From positions 5,767 through 69,766 of the forward strand of contig JAVWTD010000001.1 of the NCBI GenBank assembly GCA_036667875.1: a stretch of 64,000 bases of DNA, in the 5' to 3' direction. The stretch comes from Bacilli bacterium (GTDB taxonomy: Bacteria; Bacillota_I; Bacilli_A; RF39; UBA660). Position 1 is the first letter of the stretch. Each line of letters opens with the position of its first letter. The notes under the pieces are model-generated. The model saw only the letters and a list, made by a program, of their open reading frames with translations. It made no database searches and was not told the DNA's origin. Positions 18,027-27,575 of the stretch are shown piece by piece. A program made the translations under genes and the position numbers.

Positions 18027-19886
18027 TTATGATATTATATCACATATTAAATTTGTAATTTCTGTTGGATTTTCAAGTTCTAGTCCTTCAATCATTCTTG
18101 CTTGTGCATATAATACTTTTGTATATTTTTCTAGTTTTTCTTTGTCATTTTCATATAATGTTTTTATTTTTTCTGCTATTTTATGATTTTGATTTATTTC
18201 TAAAACCATATTAGCTTTAATTTTTTCATCTGTTGGCATTGCATTTAAAACTTTTTCCATTTCAATAGATACATCACCTACGGTTGATAAACAAACTGGA
18301 TGACTTTTAAGATTGTTAGTAAATTTAACATCAATATTATTTAATGAGTTTTTCATAATTTCTAATATATTTTTGTTTTCCTCATTAATTTTTGATATTT
18401 CTTCTTTTTCTTTGTCAGAGTCAATATCTAATTTCTTTGTCGAAACATTTACAAAGTTCTTTTCTTTATGACTAACAAGAATTTGGAATACAAATTCATC
18501 AATTGCGTCATCAAGATATAAAACATCATATTTTTCTTTTACTTTTTCAACTTGTGGAAGATTGTCAATTGCTTCAATTGTTTGTCCACAGGCATAAAAT
18601 ATTTCTTTTTGATCTTCTTTCATATTTTCTACATATTCATCAAGTGTTACATAGTCTTTTTTTGTTGATGAATAAAAAATAAGTAAATCTTTTAATTTTT
18701 CTTTATCCATTCCATAATTATTATAAGCACCAAATTTAATAGCTGATCCAAAGTTTTTAAAGAATTTTTTGTATTCTTCTTTGTCTTCCATCATATTCTT
18801 TAATTCTTTGATTAATTTTTTTTCTAAACTTTTAGCAATTTGTTTTACTTTTGTATCTTGTTGTAACATTTCTCTTGATATATTTAGTGATAGATCTTCG
18901 GTATCTACAATTCCTTTAATAAAACTAAAGTAGTCAGGTAATAATTCTTCACATTTATCCATAATTAGCACACCGTTTGTATATAGTTGTAATCCTTTTT
19001 TATACTCTTTTGTGTAATAATCTTGGCTTGTGTGACTTGGAATAAAAACAAGACTATTATAACTACATAAACCTTCTACACTAAAGTGAATAGTTTTTTG
19101 AGGTTCTTTGTAATCATAGAATTTTTCACTATAGAAATTTATATATTCATCGTTTGTAATATCTTTTTTTTCTTTTTTCCAAAGTGGAATCATTGAATTT
19201 AATGTTTGTAATTCCTTAACATCCTCGTATTCATCAGTGTTTTCTTTTTTTACACTATTTGTTATTTCCATTTTAATTGGAAATTTTATGTAATCTGAAT
19301 ATTTCGATATCAACTCTCTTAGTTGATATTCAGTTAGATATTCACTATAATTTTCTTCGTCAGTGTCATCTTTTAAATATAACTTAATTGATGTTCCATT
19401 TTTATTATTGTCTATTTCTTTTATTTCATATCCGTCAATTCCGTTTGAAGTCCAAAGATATGATTTTTCTTCATTATATTTTTTGCTTATTACTTCTACT
19501 CTTTTTGCAATCATAAATGAAGAATAAAATCCTACTCCAAATTGTCCAATTATATTTAGGTCGTTTTGATTTTTGTTTTCTTCTTTAAATGAAAGTGATC
19601 CACTTTTTGCAATTGTTCCTAAATTATCTTCAAGTTCTTCTTTTGCCATACCTATTCCATTATCAATAATGGTTAATGTTCTTTTTTTATCGTCTACTTC
19701 TATTAATATTTGAAGTTCTTCTTTATTAACCTTTATTTTATTATCTGTTAATGATGTGTAGTACAATTTATCAATAGCATCACTTGAATTAGATATTAAT
19801 TCTCTTAAAAATATATCTTTATTTGTATATATAGAATTAATCATCAATTCTAATAATCTTTTTGATTCTGATTTAAATTGTTTCAT
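18027..19886 (-). CDS. htpG: molecular chaperone HtpG (Hsp90)
   Basis: ELISNSSDAIDKL..., IGQFGVGFYSSFMIA. AAGAGGT RBS before ATG at 19886; the ORF-track start at 19955 adds a 23-aa extension. Confidence 0.9.
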   Translation of the reverse strand: MKQFKSESKRLLELMINSIYTNKDIFLRELISNSSDAIDKLYYTSLTDNKIKVNKEELQILIEVDDKKRTLTIIDNGIGMAKEELEDNLGTIAKSGSLSFKEENKNQNDLNIIGQFGVGFYSSFMIAKRVEVISKKYNEEKSYLWTSNGIDGYEIKEIDNNKNGTSIKLYLKDDTDEENYSEYLTEYQLRELISKYSDYIKFPIKMEITNSVKKENTDEYEDVKELQTLNSMIPLWKKEKKDITNDEYINFYSEKFYDYKEPQKTIHFSVEGLCSYNSLVFIPSHTSQDYYTKEYKKGLQLYTNGVLIMDKCEELLPDYFSFIKGIVDTEDLSLNISREMLQQDTKVKQIAKSLEKKLIKELKNMMEDKEEYKKFFKNFGSAIKFGAYNNYGMDKEKLKDLLIFYSSTKKDYVTLDEYVENMKEDQKEIFYACGQTIEAIDNLPQVEKVKEKYDVLYLDDAIDEFVFQILVSHKEKNFVNVSTKKLDIDSDKEKEEISKINEENKNILEIMKNSLNNIDVKFTNNLKSHPVCLSTVGDVSIEMEKVLNAMPTDEKIKANMVLEINQNHKIAEKIKTLYENDKEKLEKYTKVLYAQARMIEGLELENPTEITNLICDIIS

Positions 19887-19964
19887 ATTTATACCTCTTT
19901 TCTGGAGTGTTTTACCACCTCTATAAGTTATACCACTCTTTTTAGCAGTTGTCAATATAGAGTG

Positions 19965-20771
19965 CTAAAATTTATTTTTATGATTTTTTTTGAAATATTT
20001 TGCTATAAAATATGTTAAAGTTAGTGCTATAGAAATGATAATATAAAATAACATTATATTATTTATAGCATCAATATTTAACTTTATCGGTAATTTTAAT
20101 TTGTCAGAAATTTTAAAATTTATCTTATTTATAAAATTTGGTAATAAGAAAATAAATGAAATTCCTACTGTAAAAAAAGATATAGAAAAATTTAGTAACC
20201 AATAATCTGCTAAAACTATTATAAGTAAAGATAAAACAGTGATAATTGCAATAATACAATATAATAAAATCTTAGATGATAAAAAATTATAAATTTTTAT
20301 TATATTTTTTTGTTTGTCAGTAAGGTTGTTTTTGAATGTTTGAGTCAATTTTTTGTATATTTTATCTTCATTTTGTTGATTTATTATTTCAATAACTTTT
20401 TCTTTTTGTTTATCAGATAATGTTGTATTATTGACTATATTAATAAATTCTTTTTTTGTATTTGGAGTCTTTTGATTTTCATTTGATAATACGTTATCAA
20501 TAAATGTCTGCAAATATATTTTAGTTATATTTTCTAATTCATTACTTATTAATATTTGATTTTCAATTTCATTAATGTCTTTTGAATTCAAAGTTGCTAA
20601 ATTATTTTTTATAGACGATATTATGACAGTTTTTACTTCTGTTTTAACAAACGATTCGTTTATACTTTTAATACTTATTTCTTTAAGTGTTAAAATTAGA
20701 GCAAACAATGATAGAGTAATCATAAAAATAAAAGTTAATAGAATGGTAAAGATTTTTTTCAATAATTTCAT
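19965..20771 (-). CDS. hypothetical membrane protein
   Basis: N-terminal TM, Asn/Lys-rich central region, three C-terminal TM helices. Confidence 0.45.
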   Translation of the reverse strand: MKLLKKIFTILLTFIFMITLSLFALILTLKEISIKSINESFVKTEVKTVIISSIKNNLATLNSKDINEIENQILISNELENITKIYLQTFIDNVLSNENQKTPNTKKEFINIVNNTTLSDKQKEKVIEIINQQNEDKIYKKLTQTFKNNLTDKQKNIIKIYNFLSSKILLYCIIAIITVLSLLIIVLADYWLLNFSISFFTVGISFIFLLPNFINKINFKISDKLKLPIKLNIDAINNIMLFYIIISIALTLTYFIAKYFKKNHKNKF

Positions 20772-20876
20772 AAGTATTCCTCCTTAAAATATTATACTAC
20801 AATTATATAATAAAGTAGAAGTATTAATTAATCAATCAAAAAACATAAGCATAAATATATATAAAGGAATGATAAA

Positions 20877-21191
20877 ATGTTTGAATTTATAGCAAAATAT
20901 TGGTTAGAGGTAATTTTTGGATTATTTTTAAGTTTTATTGCTTTTGTTTTTAAAAGATTACTCACTTATAAAGATAATATTGAAAACATAAATGATGGTA
21001 TGAAAAGTATACTTAGAATAAAAATAAGTGAAAATTATGAAAAAATTATTGAAAAAAATTGCATAACTCTTTATGATAAAGAAGGAGTAATGGATATGTA
21101 TGAATGTTATAAAAAATTAGGTGGAAATGGTTTTATAGATGAACTTATTGAAAATATTAATAAAATACCAATTAAAGAAAATTGCAAATAA
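20877..21191 (+). CDS. hypothetical small membrane protein
   Basis: N-terminal TM (WLEVIFGLFLSFIAFVF), 104 aa. Confidence 0.4.
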   Translation: MFEFIAKYWLEVIFGLFLSFIAFVFKRLLTYKDNIENINDGMKSILRIKISENYEKIIEKNCITLYDKEGVMDMYECYKKLGGNGFIDELIENINKIPIKENCK

Positions 21192-21226
21192 AAACTAGAA
21201 ATTTAGTTTTCTAGTGCTTTTTTTTT
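21190..21226. terminator. bidirectional terminator overlapping the stop of the convergent gene
   Basis: ACTAGAAA-TTTAGT-TTTCTAGT hairpin flanked by an A-run and a T-run. Confidence 0.45.
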
Positions 21227-21442
21227 GATATTTCTCATATAATCTTTTTTTGCTTCTGTTGTTGGATAAAATCCTTCTTTTTCAGCTGCGTTGAATGTAA
21301 TTTTCTGAGCATTTAAATATTCATCTAAAACTTCCTTAAATTGGTCTGTTAATTCTTTTGACTCTATTACTCCGTGAAACGAAGTTCCACATAAACCTTT
21401 TAATAAGGTTAATATATTTCCCATAATTATTTTATCTTCCAT
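21203..21442 (-). CDS. Coat_F-domain (spore coat protein F-like) small protein
   Basis: LTLLKGLCGTSFHGVIESKELTDQFKEVLDEYLNAQKITFNAAEKEGFYPT parallels the CotF-like core L..YLC.TY...I.ES....LR..L......Q......M...GWYP. Confidence 0.5.
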   Translation of the reverse strand: MEDKIIMGNILTLLKGLCGTSFHGVIESKELTDQFKEVLDEYLNAQKITFNAAEKEGFYPTTEAKKDYMRNIKKKALEN

Positions 21443-21452
21443 TTTTATCCTC

Positions 21453-21659
21453 CTATAATAAATTAGTTAAAGATTGTATTTGTTTATCATTTATGCAACT
21501 TACTTCATCGATTGCGCTTTTCAATTCTTCGCTTTTTAATTGAAAGACTAGATTTTTTATTACTTCTTCAAGTTGTTTTCCTTGACCAATAATATCTTCA
21601 ATATAAGCTAGTTCTTTTGTAGTCATTTTATACCTCCTGTAATTATTATGATGAAACAT
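21453..21659 (-). CDS. small helical protein, possible Coat_F-like partner
   Basis: 68 aa, TTKELAYIEDIIGQGKQLEEV..., adjacent to and co-oriented with the Coat_F-like ORF. Confidence 0.3.
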   Translation of the reverse strand: MFHHNNYRRYKMTTKELAYIEDIIGQGKQLEEVIKNLVFQLKSEELKSAIDEVSCINDKQIQSLTNLL

Positions 21660-21812
21660 AAGTTTTATATTCAGTATTTATAAAAAAAATCTCAATTAAA
21701 ATTAAGATTCTATTTATTTTCGTAATAATTTTTTAAATCGCTATCATTAATAAGACAAAAACACAATTCTTTTAAAATTCTTGCTTGTTTTATCATTTTT
21801 TCACCCATTTTA

Positions 21813-22196
21813 TTATGTATTTTTATTCAGTCTTTTATACATAATTTCTTTATTTATTTTAAAATTTAATCCAAATGGATCAATTACAAATCCTTCTATT
21901 TTTTCATCTATCAACATTATACACATTTCTTTAATTGATTTAAATATAAAATTTAGTTGATTTTTTTTGCCCCATTTTTCAAATTCTTCTATAGATGTAA
22001 AACAGGGTACAAATTTTAAATTTCCATCTGTTATAAGTGGTAAATCTTTTATTTCCTTTTCTATTGAGTTTATAGGTAGTAAAAAGTTTGATTTTTCTAA
22101 TTCAATTAACAATCCTTTATAATTATTTGTTTTTTGCATTTCTTTTATCTTTTTGTTTGGAAAGTTATCTTCAAATAAAGTGAGTCCATCAAACAT
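21813..22196 (-). CDS. SseB-like protein (tentative)
   Basis: LLPINSIEKE...LKFVPCFTSIEEFEKW resembles the SseB N-terminal motif around FTS.EE. Confidence 0.3.
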   Translation of the reverse strand: MFDGLTLFEDNFPNKKIKEMQKTNNYKGLLIELEKSNFLLPINSIEKEIKDLPLITDGNLKFVPCFTSIEEFEKWGKKNQLNFIFKSIKEMCIMLIDEKIEGFVIDPFGLNFKINKEIMYKRLNKNT

Positions 22197-23376
22197 TATT
22201 TAAATTTTTTATTGCATTATCTATTGCAATTTTTCCATACTCATAAGTTAATCCGCCTTGAAGATATGCAATATAAGGTGCTCTTATAGGTCCATCACAA
22301 GATAATTCAATTGATGATCCTTGTGTAAACGAACCTGAAGCCATAATTATTTCATCATCATAACCTGGCATATTTGAAGGAATTGGTAGTGCAAATGAAT
22401 CTATAGCGGAAGATTTTTGTATGGATTGAATAAATTTTATAAGTTCTTCTTTATTTCCAAATATGATATTTTGTACTATATCAACTCTTTTATCATTATA
22501 TTTAGGTTCTACCTTGTATCCCGTTTTTTCAAGCATATAAGCAGCGTACACGGCAGTTTTGAGACTACTTGATACAACTGATGGTGCTAAGTATAAACCT
22601 TGTAAAATCATCTTATTTATACCAAGAGATGGTCCTACTTCTTTTCCTTCCCCTGGTAGTGTTAATCTTTCTGCACATAATTGTACTAAATCTTTCCTGC
22701 CAGATATATATGCACCATTTGGGGCTAATCCTCCACCTAAATTTTTAATAAGAGATCCTACAATTAAATCGGCTCCAACATGAAGAGGAGAGTTGTATGT
22801 AACCAATTCACAGTAACAATTATCTACCATTATTATTATATCTGGAGAAATATTTTTTATAAATTTTATGATTTTTTCTATTTTTTCTAAACTTAAACTT
22901 TTTCTTGTTGAATAACCTTTTGATCTTTGAATTTCAATTAATTTAATTTTTTTTGAGGTAATAGTTTCTTTTATTTTCTCATAATCAAAATCATTATCAA
23001 TTAAATCAATCTGTTCATATTTGATATTATAAGATTTTAAGGAACTAGGGTTATCTGTTATTCCGATTACTTGATGTAATGTGTCGTAAGGAAGTCCAGA
23101 AATTGATAGCATAATATCATTAGGTCTTAATAAACCAAACAAAGCTACTGTTAAAGCATGACTACCTGAAATCAGTTGACTTCTTACCAAACTATCTTCT
23201 GCTCCTAGAACATCACTAAATATTTTTTCTATAACGTCTCTTCCTAAGTCATTATAGCCATATCCAGTTGTACCATTAAAATGTACTTCAGATAGATTAT
23301 TTTTATGAAATGAATCTAAAATTCTTTTACTATTTTTTAAACATAAATCATCAATTTTTTTAAATTCTTCTTCCAT
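22189..23376 (-). CDS. YnbB/aluminium-resistance family PLP enzyme (Met_gamma_lyase-like)
   Basis: 395 aa; FHKNNLSEVHFNGTTGYGYNDLGRD...SGSHAL... is typical of PF06838. Confidence 0.7.
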   Translation of the reverse strand: MEEEFKKIDDLCLKNSKRILDSFHKNNLSEVHFNGTTGYGYNDLGRDVIEKIFSDVLGAEDSLVRSQLISGSHALTVALFGLLRPNDIMLSISGLPYDTLHQVIGITDNPSSLKSYNIKYEQIDLIDNDFDYEKIKETITSKKIKLIEIQRSKGYSTRKSLSLEKIEKIIKFIKNISPDIIIMVDNCYCELVTYNSPLHVGADLIVGSLIKNLGGGLAPNGAYISGRKDLVQLCAERLTLPGEGKEVGPSLGINKMILQGLYLAPSVVSSSLKTAVYAAYMLEKTGYKVEPKYNDKRVDIVQNIIFGNKEELIKFIQSIQKSSAIDSFALPIPSNMPGYDDEIIMASGSFTQGSSIELSCDGPIRAPYIAYLQGGLTYEYGKIAIDNAIKNLNNV

Positions 23377-24077
23377 TAGTTTTTCCCTCCATCTACTCTT
23401 ATTGTTGTTCCATTAATGTATGTTGAATCAGCAAGGAATAAAATTACTTTAGCAATTTCTTCTGGTTCTGCAAATCTCCCTAATAAAATTTTTTTATTTT
23501 CTTGTTCTATAAATTCTTCATCTAGTTCTTTATTCATTTCTGTATTAACCCATCCTGGAGCAATATCATTTACTCTTACATATGGTGCAAATTGACATGC
23601 TAAATTTTTTGTTAAAGATATCAATCCGGCTTTTGAAGCGTCATAATCTATACTCATTGGATAAAATGTATCTATTCCATTAGTTGAAGTTATATTTATA
23701 ATAGATCCATCTTTTTGATTAAACATATACTGTCCAAAAAGTTTAGATAATAAAAAAGGTCCAACTAGATTAGTTTCAAGAGTTTTAATAAAATTATTTT
23801 TTGTTTTATTTTCAAAAAGTGTATCAATTGCAATAGCAGCGTTATTTACTAATACATCTATTCTTTTGTATTTTTCAATAACAAAATTATATAATTCATT
23901 TATATTTTTTTCATCAGTTAAGTCTAATTTAAAAAGGGTTATATTTTCTTTTTTTAATTTTATTGCATTTTCTTTATTATTACAATAACATAATACTATT
24001 TCATAGTTTTCAGCTAATTTTGATAATGAAGCTCCTATTCCAGAACTCCCTCCTGTTATTACCATAACTTTTTTCAT
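23376..24077 (-). CDS. SDR-family oxidoreductase
   Basis: VMVITGGSSGIG (TGxxxGxG), NNAA, catalytic YxxxK (YDASK). Confidence 0.8.
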   Translation of the reverse strand: MKKVMVITGGSSGIGASLSKLAENYEIVLCYCNNKENAIKLKKENITLFKLDLTDEKNINELYNFVIEKYKRIDVLVNNAAIAIDTLFENKTKNNFIKTLETNLVGPFLLSKLFGQYMFNQKDGSIINITSTNGIDTFYPMSIDYDASKAGLISLTKNLACQFAPYVRVNDIAPGWVNTEMNKELDEEFIEQENKKILLGRFAEPEEIAKVILFLADSTYINGTTIRVDGGKN

Positions 24078-24183
24078 AAATCTATCCTCTTTCTTTTATA
24101 TATTATAACATATAATTTTTTTTTTTAATATTTTATTATAATAATTTATTTTGTATGATATAATTAAAATATGGTGATGAATA

Positions 24184-24540
24184 ATGAGTATATTTGAAAT
24201 ATTTAAAGAAAAGAAAACAATAAACAAGAAAAAATATGATTCCATATTAAGCAGAGATTTAACTGAAGAAAATGATTTTATTAGAGATGATTTCATGATG
24301 TCTATTGAAGAGGTTATTTTAGAAAATGGAAAAGATATTTGTTTAAATGGAAAAATTGATGCTGGAAATGTAAAAATAGGGGATGTATTAAAATATAATG
24401 GATTTAAAACTTTTATTGTAAAAAAAATTATTTACAAAAAAAATGAGGTTGAATTCGCTGAAAAGGGAAATTACATAAAATTATATTTTGAAAAGTGTAA
24501 TATGAATGAAATTGAAAAAGGTGGGGTATTAAAAAAATAG
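24184..24540 (+). CDS. standalone EF-Tu domain-II-like beta-barrel mini-protein (118 aa)
   Basis: DDFMMSIEEVILENGKDICLNGKIDAGNVKIGDVL...EIEKGGVLKK aligns by eye with EF-Tu [36 protein letters not shown]...EIERGQVLAKPG. It has its own TATAAT-like -10 and a GGTGATG RBS. There is no G domain or domain III in any flanking frame. Confidence 0.5.
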   Translation: MSIFEIFKEKKTINKKKYDSILSRDLTEENDFIRDDFMMSIEEVILENGKDICLNGKIDAGNVKIGDVLKYNGFKTFIVKKIIYKKNEVEFAEKGNYIKLYFEKCNMNEIEKGGVLKK

Positions 24541-24552
24541 TAAATCTAATTA

Positions 24553-24915
24553 CTATTTTTTTTTACAATCATTACATATTCCATGTATTTCAATATTATG
24601 TGATGTTATTTCATATCCTTTTACAATTTTAATTGGACATACTTTTAACATTTCTTTTTTATGACATATATCACATTCTACAAAGTGAAAATGGTCATTT
24701 TTTATCAAGGAATAATATATTTCATTATCTCTTACTTCTTTAGTAATAATTTCTTTTTGTAAGAATAATTCAATAACTCTATATATTGTTGATTGATCAA
24801 TATCTTTACAATATTCTAAAAGACTTTTTACGGTAGTAGGTTTTTTTAAGGTTTGATAGATTTTAATCCTTTGCGTCGTTTGCTTTATATTTTTTTCTTT
24901 TAATTCTTTAATCAT
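24553..24915 (-). CDS. Fur-family metalloregulator (Zur/PerR-like)
   Basis: QRIKIYQTLKK...STIYRVIELF winged HTH, HFHFVEC, CxxC pairs (CDICHKK, CNDCKKK). Start overlaps the upstream permease stop (ATGA). Confidence 0.8.
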   Translation of the reverse strand: MIKELKEKNIKQTTQRIKIYQTLKKPTTVKSLLEYCKDIDQSTIYRVIELFLQKEIITKEVRDNEIYYSLIKNDHFHFVECDICHKKEMLKVCPIKIVKGYEITSHNIEIHGICNDCKKK

Positions 24916-25772
24916 ATAAATAATATTATATCTATCAATAATCCTGAAAATAATCCTATTAAATATAAAATAGATAAAATTTTAAAATTTTCTTTTATAT
25001 CACTATTAGATTTAAACAATACTAATAATGCTACACCAGATCCTGTTAGAAGACCAGAAATCATAGATCCAAAAGTGATTGCATTTGCTAGATATAGTTC
25101 GGTTATTAAAACACTAGCAGCACAATTTGGTATTAATCCAAACAAACTTGTTACAATAGGGCCAAAGAATGTTCCTTTCAAAAGTAATTTTGCTAAATTG
25201 TTTTCTCCAATATAATATATTATTGTATTCAAGCATAGTGAAACAAAAATTAAAAATATTATAATATTAATTGAATGTTTTAAACTTGATTTTAGAATTC
25301 CGTGTTCACAGTCACAGTGTTCTTCTTCACATATTTCATGAATTTTTTTATTAGTATTCTTATTTTTACTTATAAAAAAGTCTATAACTATTCCACATAT
25401 TAGTGCAATAAAAAATTTAACTAATAAGATAGAACTTATGATAGTGAATGGCACTTGTTTTGACAACATGATTGGTAACATTTCATCAGAAGTTGCAAGG
25501 TAAATAGAAATTAAAGTTCCCATTGATATGATTCTAACTGCATAAAGATTTGATGCTGCAGCACTAAAACCACATTGTGGGAATAAACCTAAAATAGATC
25601 CAATTAAGGGACCAAACTTTCCTGATTTTTGTAATATTTTTTTGTTTTTACTTGTTAATTTATGCTCTATGAATTCCATTAATAGAAATGTTAAAAATAA
25701 AAATGGAAATAGTTTTATAGAGTCAGTTAATGTCTCGATTATTATTTCTTTCATAATTCCTCCTAAATGCAA
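24912..25772 (-). CDS. polytopic permease with duplicated P-x-C motifs and a Cys/His-rich loop (DUF318/ArsP- or CcdA-like; tentative)
   Basis: LFPQCGFSAAAS and LIPNCAASVLI form an internal repeat. The cytoplasmic loop is HEICEEEHCDCEHG. The gene is translationally coupled to the Fur-family gene. Confidence 0.4.
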   Translation of the reverse strand: MHLGGIMKEIIIETLTDSIKLFPFLFLTFLLMEFIEHKLTSKNKKILQKSGKFGPLIGSILGLFPQCGFSAAASNLYAVRIISMGTLISIYLATSDEMLPIMLSKQVPFTIISSILLVKFFIALICGIVIDFFISKNKNTNKKIHEICEEEHCDCEHGILKSSLKHSINIIIFLIFVSLCLNTIIYYIGENNLAKLLLKGTFFGPIVTSLFGLIPNCAASVLITELYLANAITFGSMISGLLTGSGVALLVLFKSNSDIKENFKILSILYLIGLFSGLLIDIILFI

Positions 25773-25844
25773 AAAACTTGCAACTATATAATAACATTTA
25801 CAAAAGGTTTTGTAAAGAAAATGTTTATTATAAAATCAGCTTTA

Positions 25845-26138
25845 TTAATTGTAGTTATCTTTTTCAACGTTTTTTACAATTGATAAATCTCTTGTTGTAA
25901 TTAAAAACTCTTTTTCTTTTTTGGTTAATTTTTTTATATGATACTCTAATTTAGAGGCGAGGCTTTTTCCGTTTGTTTCCCAAAATGTTTCTAGTTTAAC
26001 AACGCTATGTGTCAATGTATATTTAGCACATTTCTTTGTTTTTTTTATATGTTCATTTAATCTTTTTTCCAAATTATTTGTTATCCCTGTATAAAGAGAA
26101 TTATCTTCACATCTTAATATATAAATATAATACTTCAT
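25845..26138 (-). CDS. GIY-YIG nuclease family protein
   Basis: YYIYILRC...LYTGITNNLEKRLNEH. Confidence 0.8.
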   Translation of the reverse strand: MKYYIYILRCEDNSLYTGITNNLEKRLNEHIKKTKKCAKYTLTHSVVKLETFWETNGKSLASKLEYHIKKLTKKEKEFLITTRDLSIVKNVEKDNYN

Positions 26139-26269
26139 TTTGTTTCTCCTATTTAATTTCTTTTACTAATTATACCATTAATAAATGCTAAAATTAGTAT
26201 TTCAAATATACTTATTGTGTTATATTTGTATTAAAGGTATAATTAAACTAGGTAGAGAGGATTGATTTT

Positions 26270-26704
26270 GTGAAACAAGAAATAAAAAAATTATTTAACA
26301 TTGCATTTTTGTATTGTATTTTGGCGATGATAGGAGGAGTTTTTTTTAGAGAATTTACGAGAATGAATAACTTTAACGGTGTAACAAGTTTAAGTTTAAT
26401 ACATACTCATTTTTTTGTACTAGGAACCTTTTTGTTTTTAGTCTTAATTTTTATAGAAAAAGAATTTAAAATTTCAAAGATTAAAAATTACAATGCGTCT
26501 ATTTTAATTTATAACTTAGGTTTAATTATTACATCAATAATGTTTTTTATAAGAGGAATTTGTGATGTTTCTTTTAAACTATCATCTATGTATGATAAGA
26601 TTATTTCAGGATTTTCAGGAATAGGTCATATAACTTTAGGAATAGGATTAGTAATGATTCTTTTAATAATTAAAAAAAGTATATATGATTTTGTTAATAA
26701 ATAA
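26270..26704 (+). CDS. small 4-TM membrane protein (DUF2871-like; tentative)
   Basis: 144 aa, REFTRMNNF...LIHTHFFVLG. Confidence 0.35.
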   Translation: MKQEIKKLFNIAFLYCILAMIGGVFFREFTRMNNFNGVTSLSLIHTHFFVLGTFLFLVLIFIEKEFKISKIKNYNASILIYNLGLIITSIMFFIRGICDVSFKLSSMYDKIISGFSGIGHITLGIGLVMILLIIKKSIYDFVNK

Positions 26705-26738
26705 AAAAGAAACTCATAAAGTTTCTTTTATTTTTTAA

Positions 26739-26815
26739 TGGGGCGACTAAAGGGAATCGAACCCTTGAGTAACGGAACCACAATCCGCCGTGTTAACCAC
26801 TTCACCATAATCGCC
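26739..26815 (-). tRNA. tRNA-His (anticodon GTG) with genome-encoded G-1 and CCA
   Basis: Reverse strand: G-GCGATTA...anticodon loop TTGTGGT...TAGTCGC-C-CCA. G-1 pairs with C73, T-loop GGTTCGATTCC. Confidence 0.85.
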
Positions 26816-26883
26816 AAATTCATATTTAGTTTATCAAAAAAAATTAAAAAAAGCAATACTTTTCTTAAAAATAAACAAACTAT

Positions 26884-26968
26884 TGGTACCGGTAGTCGGA
26901 CTTGAACCGACACGGGCAAAACCCACTTGATTTTGAGTCAAGCATGACTACCATTCCATCATACCGGC
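26884..26968 (-). tRNA. tRNA-Leu (anticodon CAA), class II long variable arm, encoded CCA
   Basis: Reverse strand: GCCGGTATGATGGAATGGTAGTCATG-CTTGA-CTCAAAA-TCAAG-variable arm GTGGGTTTTGCCCGTGT-CGGTTCAAGTCCGAC-TACCGGTACCA. Confidence 0.85.
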
Positions 26969-27014
26969 ATACAAATATATTATAGCATATATTTATATAA
27001 ATGAAACTTTTTTT

Positions 27015-27575
27015 TCAATTCTCTTTGTATTTGGTTTCATATAAATCGCTTTCGTTCGTATATTTTTCAATATTATCGGCTATTTTTGGCAAGTCTTCAA
27101 TTGTTTTCATACCTAAATAATCAAGAAATTGATCTGTAACAGAATATAAAATTGGCTTCCCTGGCAAATTAGATCTACCGTCTTCTTTTATTAAATTCCT
27201 ATATAGCAATTTTTTTATTTGATAAACACTATCTACTCCTCTTATTTCATCTACAAAAGTTCTTGTAATAGGGGAATTATAAGCAATAATTGCTAATGTT
27301 TCTAGAGCTGATTGTGACAATTCGCCTTTTTTTTCTTTATTTATAAGTTTTTCAAAGAATTTACAATGTTCTTTTTTTGTAACTAGTTTATATTTATTTC
27401 CTAAAAATGCTAATCTAAAACCTCTTACTTCATTTTCATAAGTTTTCTCTAAAATTATTAGAACTTCTTCTAATTTTTTATCATCTATTTCCAGAATATC
27501 TTTTAAATCGTCAAATGTTATTCCTTCATCTCCTACTACATAGAGTATTCCTTCAATTATTCCTATATACTCCAT
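27015..27575 (-). CDS. scpB: segregation and condensation protein B
   Basis: GIIEGILYVVGDEGITFDDL..., winged-helix ScpB pattern, directly downstream of scpA. Confidence 0.85.
   Translation of the reverse strand: MEYIGIIEGILYVVGDEGITFDDLKDILEIDDKKLEEVLIILEKTYENEVRGFRLAFLGNKYKLVTKKEHCKFFEKLINKEKKGELSQSALETLAIIAYNSPITRTFVDEIRGVDSVYQIKKLLYRNLIKEDGRSNLPGKPILYSVTDQFLDYLGMKTIEDLPKIADNIEKYTNESDLYETKYKEN

Noticed and set aside
24096-24296. Minus-strand 66-aa ORF upstream of the SDR gene
   Set aside because: It falls in the promoter region of the plus-strand EF-Tu-domain-like gene and overlaps its start. The translation is Ile/Asn low-complexity with no RBS.
26728-26919. Minus-strand 63-aa ORF
   Set aside because: It overlaps the tRNA-His and tRNA-Leu genes on the same strand. 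The reading frame is an artefact of the tRNA sequences.
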